This document shows positions 56,881 to 64,000 of a stretch of 64,000 nt of DNA, one piece after another. Source of the DNA: Alphaproteobacteria bacterium. Its GTDB lineage: Bacteria > Pseudomonadota > Alphaproteobacteria > Rs-D84 > SZUA-605. Each line of letters starts with the position of its first letter. Within the stretch, counting starts at the first letter, position 1. The stretch covers positions 64,001-128,000 of the forward strand of contig JAVBPW010000005.1 in NCBI GenBank assembly GCA_031549385.1, written 5' to 3'. Under the pieces are notes generated by a model that did not search any database, was not told the origin of the DNA, and worked only from the letters and a program-made list of their open reading frames with translations. Position numbers and translations under genes: made by a program.

Positions 56881-58824
56881 ATGAGGAAAATATTTGTATT
56901 TGTTTTAGCTATGTTTTTTGTAATTCCTGCTTTTGCAAGTCAGGAAGCTGTTGATAATTTAATACAAAAAATAGAAGATCAAAAACTTTATGAAGATCCT
57001 TATTGGGCAGTTTTACTTCATTATAAAAAACTTAATTTTGGAACTTATAAAAGTACTATTGCAGATAAGACTTTCTTTTTATCAAAAGATGGAAAGTATG
57101 ATTTAAAGGCTGAAATGATTGCTACTGTTAAATCTTTTTTTGGTCCTGAAGTTAAAGAAGAAGAGGTCGAGCGAAAGTTTAAACATAATTATTCATCTAA
57201 ATATATTAAACAACATGGGCAATGTGCTTATCCTGCTCGTTTTAAATGGTTAGATTCAAAATTAAATATTTCAAAATATGTAAAAAAACAAAAATGTCCT
57301 GCTTTTAAAAAATGGTTTGATGATATGGATGGTAAGTCTGCGACTGTTGTTTTTGCGTCTAGTTATATAAATAATCCTGCTTCTATGTTTGGGCATACTT
57401 TTTTGAGAATCGATAAAGATACTAATAATGTTTATAATTCTCCTACTATTAATTATGCTGCTATTACTTCTGAAAAGCCTACTGCACTTGGTTTTGCTCT
57501 TAATGGAATATTTGGGGGTTATCCTGGAATTTACACATTCAATCCTTATTATGAAAAGATTAAAAACTATGGAGTTACTGAAAATAGAGATTTGGTTGAA
57601 TATAATTTAAACTATAATAGTGAAGAAATTGATTTTTTACTTAAGCATATGTGGGAATTGTCTTATACTTATTCAGATTATTATTTCTTTAATCATAATT
57701 GCTCTTCTGTGTTAATAGACCTTGTTGATGTTGGAAGAGGAAGTGTTGATTTAAATGATGATTTTGGATATTTTATATTGCCTATTAATACTTTGAAAAG
57801 TGCAGTGAGGCATGATATTGTTAAAGATATTAATTTTAGACCTTCTACTCAAAATAAAATTAAAAATAGATATAAACAGCTTACATCTGACGAAAGAAGA
57901 GCTGCTCATGCTTTGAATTTTAAGAAATTAGATTTAGTTGATGCTGCTGAGTATAATAAATTATCTGATCAATCTAAAGCTAATGTTTTGGACATTGTTT
58001 ACGATATGCAACAATATATGTTAGTTACTAAAAGAATTGATATTCATTCTATGCGATTTAATTCATTTGTTATTTTAAAAGAAAAAAAAGATTTAGGTAT
58101 TAATTCTAACTTTGATGATAGTGCTTTATTTGAAAGAATCGATTATGGACATAATATTAATACTTTATCATTAGAAGCTGGTTATTCTGATATAAGAGAT
58201 TCATATGTGTCTTTTTCTCTTATGCCTTTATATCATCAATTGATGGATGATGATTATGGATTTGTAAAATTTTCTGAAATAAAAGTATTGGAAGCAAAGA
58301 TAACTTATTTGTTAGAACAACAAAAATTCTATCTTGATAAATTTACTTTTTTTAGTCTTGCTTCTCTTGTAAGTAATGAAGCTTTTTTCAGATCTTGGTC
58401 TTGGAAATTAGGTTTAGATTATGAAAAATTTGAAGACTTTAAAAGATGGAATATTAATAAAGATGTATTTAATGCAACTGGAAGTTTTGGTAAAAGTTAC
58501 AATACTTTAGGTCAAAATCTTTATCTGTTACTTAATGGTGGTGTGATGTTTGGTTTTAATCAAGAACTATTTGAACAAGATGTGCTTGGTAAGCTTGGAA
58601 TTAATATTGGTTCTGCTTATAAATATAAAAAAATAAAGAATATTTTTGATTTGAAATTTGACACTTATTCTGACCCTGCTTATAACAATTATTCTGTATC
58701 AAATTCGTTTGGTTATAATTGGAATAAAAATAATAGAATTCAATTAAATTTAAAATTTCAAGGACTTTATAATATAGGTAAAGTTAATCGCGAAATTAGT
58801 ATTTCTTATTTAGCTCATTTTTAA
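56881..58824 (+). CDS. DUF4105/Lnb-like outer-membrane protein
   Basis: YPARF.WL, NPASMFGHTFLR, Y.FF..NCS, C-terminal beta-strands ending in F. Confidence 0.82.
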   Translation: MRKIFVFVLAMFFVIPAFASQEAVDNLIQKIEDQKLYEDPYWAVLLHYKKLNFGTYKSTIADKTFFLSKDGKYDLKAEMIATVKSFFGPEVKEEEVERKFKHNYSSKYIKQHGQCAYPARFKWLDSKLNISKYVKKQKCPAFKKWFDDMDGKSATVVFASSYINNPASMFGHTFLRIDKDTNNVYNSPTINYAAITSEKPTALGFALNGIFGGYPGIYTFNPYYEKIKNYGVTENRDLVEYNLNYNSEEIDFLLKHMWELSYTYSDYYFFNHNCSSVLIDLVDVGRGSVDLNDDFGYFILPINTLKSAVRHDIVKDINFRPSTQNKIKNRYKQLTSDERRAAHALNFKKLDLVDAAEYNKLSDQSKANVLDIVYDMQQYMLVTKRIDIHSMRFNSFVILKEKKDLGINSNFDDSALFERIDYGHNINTLSLEAGYSDIRDSYVSFSLMPLYHQLMDDDYGFVKFSEIKVLEAKITYLLEQQKFYLDKFTFFSLASLVSNEAFFRSWSWKLGLDYEKFEDFKRWNINKDVFNATGSFGKSYNTLGQNLYLLLNGGVMFGFNQELFEQDVLGKLGINIGSAYKYKKIKNIFDLKFDTYSDPAYNNYSVSNSFGYNWNKNNRIQLNLKFQGLYNIGKVNREISISYLAHF

Positions 58825-59802
58825 AAAATCTATTAATGATTTCATGTCACTTGGAAGAGGTGACTTATAAGACATTAATTTATGTGTTATTGGATGAGAA
58901 AATTTTAATGTTGTTGCGTGAAGCATTTGTCTTTTAACTTCTGATAATACTTCTTTTACATTTTCATCTTTTATTGTTGATAAATATTTTTCATCTTTCC
59001 CATATGTTTTATCGCCTATTATAGGGTTGTTTTGAGATGCAAGATGTAATCTTATTTGATGTGTTCTCCCAGTTTCTAATGTACAGAGTATTTGAGAAAT
59101 TTTACCATTTAAAAATGTTTTTTTTGTTTCATAGTTTGTTATTGCTTCTTTGCCTTTTTCACCAAAAGTTAACATCATCTTTTGACGATTGAATTTTGAA
59201 CGCATTATTTTGTTTTCTATGCGACCTTCTAATTGATTAGGCATTCCCCAGCTTAATGCTGTGTATTGTCTGAAAATAGAGTGCTTAGAAAACTGTTTTG
59301 ATAGGCTTGCGTAAGCCTTGTCTGTTAAGGCTGCTACCATTACTCCAGAAGTATCTTTATCAAGACGATGAACTATTCCAGGTCTTGTTGCGCCACCTAA
59401 AACTGATAGTTTGCCTTTTGTAATGTATAAAAGAGCGTTTACTATTGTTTTATCTGGATTTCCTGCACCTATGTGCATAGATATCCCTGCAGGTTTTTCA
59501 AAAACGATTATATCGTTATCTTGATAATATACGTGAAGAGGGATGTTTTGAGCTTCTATTTTAGCTTGTTGTTCTTGGATGATAGTTATTTGAACTTCGT
59601 CATTTTCTGATAGTTTTGTAGATGATTTTATGACTGTTTTATTATTTAAAAGAGTTAATCCTTCTTTGATTGCTTCTTGGATTTTAACTCTGGAAATGTC
59701 TTTTAAATTATCTTGAAGAAATTTATCTAATCTGACTTTGCTTTCAAGAGATTCTACTTTGAAATTATATGTTTTTTGGAATTGGTCTGTCATTGCACTC
59801 AT
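58810..59802 (-). CDS. rluD: RluA/RluD-family 23S rRNA pseudouridine synthase
   Basis: S4 domain RLDKFL, RPGIVHRLDKDTSG, LETGRTHQIR. Confidence 0.9.
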   Translation of the reverse strand: MSAMTDQFQKTYNFKVESLESKVRLDKFLQDNLKDISRVKIQEAIKEGLTLLNNKTVIKSSTKLSENDEVQITIIQEQQAKIEAQNIPLHVYYQDNDIIVFEKPAGISMHIGAGNPDKTIVNALLYITKGKLSVLGGATRPGIVHRLDKDTSGVMVAALTDKAYASLSKQFSKHSIFRQYTALSWGMPNQLEGRIENKIMRSKFNRQKMMLTFGEKGKEAITNYETKKTFLNGKISQILCTLETGRTHQIRLHLASQNNPIIGDKTYGKDEKYLSTIKDENVKEVLSEVKRQMLHATTLKFSHPITHKLMSYKSPLPSDMKSLIDFLKMS

Positions 59803-60214
59803 CTATTAATATTTCAAAGTTTAATTCGGATTTGTTGTCGTTTTGAACTCTTACTGGGCAATCTATTATACCTTCTGCTAATGCTGATGAAGAAAAATTA
59901 GATGGACGGTTTGAATCTTCTATCTTATATGCAAATGTTAGAGTTTCTGGACGATATACGCATTTTACTTTTAAATTTGTTGTTGAATTTTTCATTACTG
60001 TATATCTTGGATTGCTTGTTGAAGCACCTGCACCTGCTATGCAAGGAAAGGAATCAAGTGAATAAATATAAAACTTTGATTCTGATGTTGTTGTTACTTT
60101 TACATTATATGTTCTGTAACTCATTCCTGTTACTGATGGCCAATCTACAATTGGTTCTGCAAATGCTGCTGTAGGTATTAAGGCTGATGATAATAGGTAT
60201 AATAATTTCTTCAT
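59765..60214 (-). CDS. Secreted hypothetical protein
   Basis: Signal peptide ending AAFA; lies within the operon. Confidence 0.6.
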   Translation of the reverse strand: MKKLLYLLSSALIPTAAFAEPIVDWPSVTGMSYRTYNVKVTTTSESKFYIYSLDSFPCIAGAGASTSNPRYTVMKNSTTNLKVKCVYRPETLTFAYKIEDSNRPSNFSSSALAEGIIDCPVRVQNDNKSELNFEILIDECNDRPIPKNI

Positions 60215-60966
60215 TTTTGATCCTTTGCTTCAAATATTACCTTAACTTTCTTTATGTTAGTATCTTCATAGGGAAAAGTAAATGAAAAATCTACAGATGA
60301 AAGTGGGCCTATTATTTTTTTGTCTACCTCAACTGTTTTTATTGATAGAGTTTCATCCTTTTCATTCATAAACCATATTTCAATTTTTGGAATAGGGTAA
60401 ATATCATCAGTTTTGTTTACTATTTGTCCTATTGCTTTGATTTGAGGTTGACTTTCTTGTAAACTGATTTCTGTTTTTGTTAGGGCTATTGAAACATTTT
60501 GTTCTTCAACTTTAGGGCTGAATATTTTGTTTGCTATAATAAACGAAATTATAGCATAAAGGATTAGAAATCCTATGATTATAAATATCATTTTATATTT
60601 TTTAAAAAAATCTTTTAATGATACTTTGGGTTTTTCTAGTTCTTTTGTTATTAATTCATCTATTTTAAATGATGTTTTTTCTTCTTGTTCTTGCTCAGCA
60701 AAGATCTCATCTTTTAAGTCAAATTCTGTATCTGGTTCTTTGATAAATGGTTCTTCTAGTTCAGCTGATACTTTATCAAAATTTAGTTTTAAATCATTTT
60801 CTATATCAATAGATATTTGTCTTTGTGGTTCTTGAAAAAAACTTGTTTCGTCTATATTCCAAAGAGTATCACAACTGCAACATTTAACTTTCTTACCAAG
60901 AAGCTCTTCCTTGGTTTTATCCTTCATTATAAATTTTGTTTTACATTTAGGACAACGAATTATCAT
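60211..60966 (-). CDS. MJ0042 zinc-ribbon / TM / DUF3426 protein
   Basis: MIIRCPKC.T.F...KVKCCSC..W, a TM helix and an Ig-like C-terminus. Confidence 0.8.
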   Translation of the reverse strand: MIIRCPKCKTKFIMKDKTKEELLGKKVKCCSCDTLWNIDETSFFQEPQRQISIDIENDLKLNFDKVSAELEEPFIKEPDTEFDLKDEIFAEQEQEEKTSFKIDELITKELEKPKVSLKDFFKKYKMIFIIIGFLILYAIISFIIANKIFSPKVEEQNVSIALTKTEISLQESQPQIKAIGQIVNKTDDIYPIPKIEIWFMNEKDETLSIKTVEVDKKIIGPLSSVDFSFTFPYEDTNIKKVKVIFEAKDQK

Positions 60967-60975
60967 TTATTCACC

Positions 60976-63024
60976 TTAAAAAACCTGTTTTAAAATTAAA
61001 TAAATTTGAGCTAAATCTGTTTGCATATATGTTACTGTTAAAACATCTTTATGCTCACTTTGTTTTGCGGATTTTAATACTTCATCAAATGATTTTACAA
61101 AAGTTACTATATAATCTTTCAAAGTTTCATTCTTTAATACCATGGCTTTGATTTTGTCCACTTTTTCTGGTGTAAGAATTTTTGCTAAGTACTTAACAAA
61201 TATGTCTTTTTGACCATCGTAGTATTTAGTCCAAATTTCTTCTTTTATTGACGGAGTTAGAAGACGAGCTATATCAACAGATACAGTTTGAAGGTTTTCT
61301 AATATTACTCCTGCTTTTTGTGAGAATAGGTTGGTTGTTATATTTGATTCAGTTTCTTTGAATTCTTTAATCTTGTTTTGTGCAGCAACTGTTGCTTTTT
61401 CTAAGTTGCCTATTTTATCAGTGATTAAATTTTCAATTTCACTTCCTGTTTTAAGTAATTCTGATGTTTTTTGACCTAAGTCAAGAATTGATGCTTTTGA
61501 TTCATTTGCAAGAGCTTGTAGGCTTTTGTGTGCTGTTAAAGTTGTTTGTGTGAATGTTTGGCTTTCTTGTTTTAACTTTTGAGAACCGTCATACAATTCG
61601 TTAATAGATGCTTCTGACATGTCTTGTAAGTTCATTACAACATCTTTTGTGCTTTCAATTGTATTGTTTAAGTTTTCAAATAGGTTTGCAAGATTGTTGA
61701 TTGCTATTTGAATGTCATCACGTAATGTTATTACAGAATCTTGAGATTGTTTTGTAATAGCTGGTATCTTTGATATGTTTTGTGCCATGTATTCGATAAA
61801 TGGTTTTAAGTTTTCTTTTACTTTTAACATTTCATTTAAAAGAACTTGAGCTTTTTCAATAGAATTTGATATTGATGATGAAATGTTTACAGAGTCATTT
61901 TGTACATGAACTAATATTTCTTTTGATTTTGTGTATGTATCTTCAACTGTTTTTGATACAGAGTTGCCTATGTGATTTATTTCTGAATTTACTTCATTAG
62001 AGAATTTCAATAGTTCCCCAGTTGCTGATCCAATTTGACCTTTTACGTTTTCTACTTGCTTATAGAAATCATTAATATATGAAGTTAGCTTTGAAGTTTG
62101 TTTTTCAAGTGAATTTTCAGCAATTGTTATATATGTTCCAGCATGAGAACTTGCTTGTGCAAGGTTTTGGATTTGTTCTTCTAGGATTTCTTTGAATTCT
62201 ACTGCTGACTCTCTTGCTTTTTGTGATTTCTCAATTAAGAGCTCGTTTTCTTCTGCTACTAATTTATCTAGTGCTGATGTTTCTTCCAATACTTTATGTG
62301 AAGTGTTTATTAATTTATTGCAATTTGTTTCAAATAGTACATTAGCATTAGCATTTGTTGTTACTAAATCTTCTATCTTATTTATAATCATTACACTTTG
62401 TGTTTTTGAATTTTCTATGATAGTTTCTAAACGGAAACTTGCTTCGTTGATTTGATCAACCGTTGTTTTAGCTAAGTTTACTATTTGAGCTGTTTCATCT
62501 TCAAATGATGAATTCTTTATTATTGAAGCTGTTTCATTTAAATTAGATAGTTTTTTATCTAAATTAACTACAAGTTCTGCAATATTTTGTGTTATGTAGT
62601 TAGATTTTGTTGCAAGGTCTTGCATTGTTTTATCTAATGATACACCAATGTTTTGTGTTTTTGTTGTAAGTAATTCAAATGATGAAATGAATTCTTTTTG
62701 CTTCTTTGTTAATAGTTCTTCTTCTTTTGCTATTAATGTATTTAAAACTGATGCAAATCTTTTTCCTTCTATATTGTCAGGATCTTCACTTATAATAGAA
62801 AAAAATCTGCTTAGATTGTTTACTTGTTTGAATACATTAAAATATGAAACCATAAGTACATATAATGCCCATAAAAGAACAATAGGTGATAACTTTAATG
62901 CAAAATTTGATATGTCAAAAAAAGGTGCTGCGAAATTTTCATTATTTATTAAATATATTGTATAACCAATGGTTAATGCTACGAAAATAAACAAAATTAT
63001 TAGTTTTGAAATGTTCCTCTTCAT
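60976..63024 (-). CDS. TipN-like polar coiled-coil membrane protein
   Basis: Two N-terminal TM helices, a long coiled coil, and the C-terminal SVDIAR...W..Y..G...F...F..L...Y..L domain. Confidence 0.65.
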   Translation of the reverse strand: MKRNISKLIILFIFVALTIGYTIYLINNENFAAPFFDISNFALKLSPIVLLWALYVLMVSYFNVFKQVNNLSRFFSIISEDPDNIEGKRFASVLNTLIAKEEELLTKKQKEFISSFELLTTKTQNIGVSLDKTMQDLATKSNYITQNIAELVVNLDKKLSNLNETASIIKNSSFEDETAQIVNLAKTTVDQINEASFRLETIIENSKTQSVMIINKIEDLVTTNANANVLFETNCNKLINTSHKVLEETSALDKLVAEENELLIEKSQKARESAVEFKEILEEQIQNLAQASSHAGTYITIAENSLEKQTSKLTSYINDFYKQVENVKGQIGSATGELLKFSNEVNSEINHIGNSVSKTVEDTYTKSKEILVHVQNDSVNISSSISNSIEKAQVLLNEMLKVKENLKPFIEYMAQNISKIPAITKQSQDSVITLRDDIQIAINNLANLFENLNNTIESTKDVVMNLQDMSEASINELYDGSQKLKQESQTFTQTTLTAHKSLQALANESKASILDLGQKTSELLKTGSEIENLITDKIGNLEKATVAAQNKIKEFKETESNITTNLFSQKAGVILENLQTVSVDIARLLTPSIKEEIWTKYYDGQKDIFVKYLAKILTPEKVDKIKAMVLKNETLKDYIVTFVKSFDEVLKSAKQSEHKDVLTVTYMQTDLAQIYLILKQVF

Positions 63025-63158
63025 GTTCCCTGAATCCTTTTTCTCTTTTAATAGCTATATGTATAAAACAAAATACTTGATATGTAAAGATTTTTTAAAT
63101 TTTTATTTGTAAATTTTTTTTATATTCTTATAATTTGTTTCTTAAGGAGATAGTACTA

Positions 63159-63785
63159 ATGAAAAAAATTGTATTTTTTGCTTTTTTTGTTCTTATGGCT
63201 TGTTCTTTTGCACCTAAGCAATTGGATCAATCTATGTGGGATTCATCTTTAAATGGTGCTACATTTAAAGCTATGGATACTGAAGGAAAAATGACTAAGA
63301 AAAACCTTTTAAGACAAAATGGTTATTTGCCGTTGTCTCCTGAGGAAGCTAATGTTTATGTAAGAAATCAAGAAAAGATGTATGCACAAGCTTTGGAGCC
63401 GGCTGGAATTATAGTTCAAAGAGCTGGGCCTGATCTTATATTGGTGGTTTTTGATGAAATAGCTTTTATTGATAATAGATTTATTTTTAAAGATGGTTTT
63501 TATAAACAACTTGATTTCATTATAAAATCTTTAAAAGAATTTAATAGAAGCTATGTTGGTGTAATAGGATACACAGATGCTTTTGGAGAGGCTGCAGATA
63601 ATCAAAGATTGTCTGTGCTTAAAGCAAAAAGTATTGCTTCATATTTGGCTAATAATGGGATTATACCTTATAGAATTTTTGTTGATGGAAAAGGGGAGAA
63701 TTATCCAATCGCAGACAATAACTCTGTTCGAGGAAGAAGCTTGAATAAGAGAGTTGAAATAAGAATATCTCCTATATTTGAATAG
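63159..63785 (+). CDS. OmpA-family lipoprotein
   Basis: Lipobox LMAC; GYTD..G....N..LS..A...NKRVEI. Confidence 0.9.
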   Translation: MKKIVFFAFFVLMACSFAPKQLDQSMWDSSLNGATFKAMDTEGKMTKKNLLRQNGYLPLSPEEANVYVRNQEKMYAQALEPAGIIVQRAGPDLILVVFDEIAFIDNRFIFKDGFYKQLDFIIKSLKEFNRSYVGVIGYTDAFGEAADNQRLSVLKAKSIASYLANNGIIPYRIFVDGKGENYPIADNNSVRGRSLNKRVEIRISPIFE

Positions 63786-63798
63786 AGGAAGGAATTTG

Positions 63799-64000
63799 AT
63801 GAAAAATATTAAAAAACTTTTAATTGTTTTTTTACTTTCAGGATGCTTTGGTTTCCAAAAGGGTGATATTAGTAATGCTGATGTTTTCCATTGGGAAAAT
63901 GATAAAGTAACCATTGGACAATTCGTTGTTGATCATAAACAATGTCTTGGTGTTTATGGAGCTCCTGCTCAACAAAGTTCTTGGCAAAAAATGCTTTTAC
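63799..64000 (+). CDS. Lipoprotein (N-terminal part, runs off the window end)
   Basis: ATG at 63799 after AGGAAGGA; MKNIKKLLIVFLLSGC lipobox. Confidence 0.6.
   Translation, partial: MKNIKKLLIVFLLSGCFGFQKGDISNADVFHWENDKVTIGQFVVDHKQCLGVYGAPAQQSSWQKMLL

Overview
AT-rich chromosomal segment of an Alphaproteobacterium, probably an uncultured host-associated lineage (inferred from CcrM, ParC, ZapA, a TipN-like polar protein and an MJ0042/DUF3426 protein). It carries housekeeping genes (ftsH, radC, ccrM, xseB, rsmA, recO, parC, zapA, ffh, hpf, lpxC, ppdK, recA, ppa, an RluD-like synthase), envelope genes (an autotransporter, three PilV-like prepilins, four glycosyltransferase-like genes, lipoproteins) and five canonical tRNAs (Val-GAC, Cys-GCA, Thr-TGT, Ser-GGA, Ile2-CAT). 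A 13.3-kb integrase island in tRNA-Thr (35448-48782) carries HipBA, a HEPN protein, a C4-like antisense RNA, a Type III R-M system and a Panacea toxin-antitoxin pair. The most unusual region is 1884-2862 on the minus strand, between tRNA-Val and tRNA-Cys. It has its own promoters and terminators and contains a tRNA-like RNA with an amber (CUA) anticodon, a remodelled tRNA-Gly-like RNA, two covarying copies of a three-way-junction ncRNA I do not recognise, and an acyl-carrier-protein-like gene with Tyr in place of the phosphopantetheine Ser. Separately, a CDGSH Fe-S gene (54668-55357) is split by one in-frame TAG, and several stand-alone orphan genes share an SD-less AAACTTAAAA leader. All calls are by eye; no searches were run.
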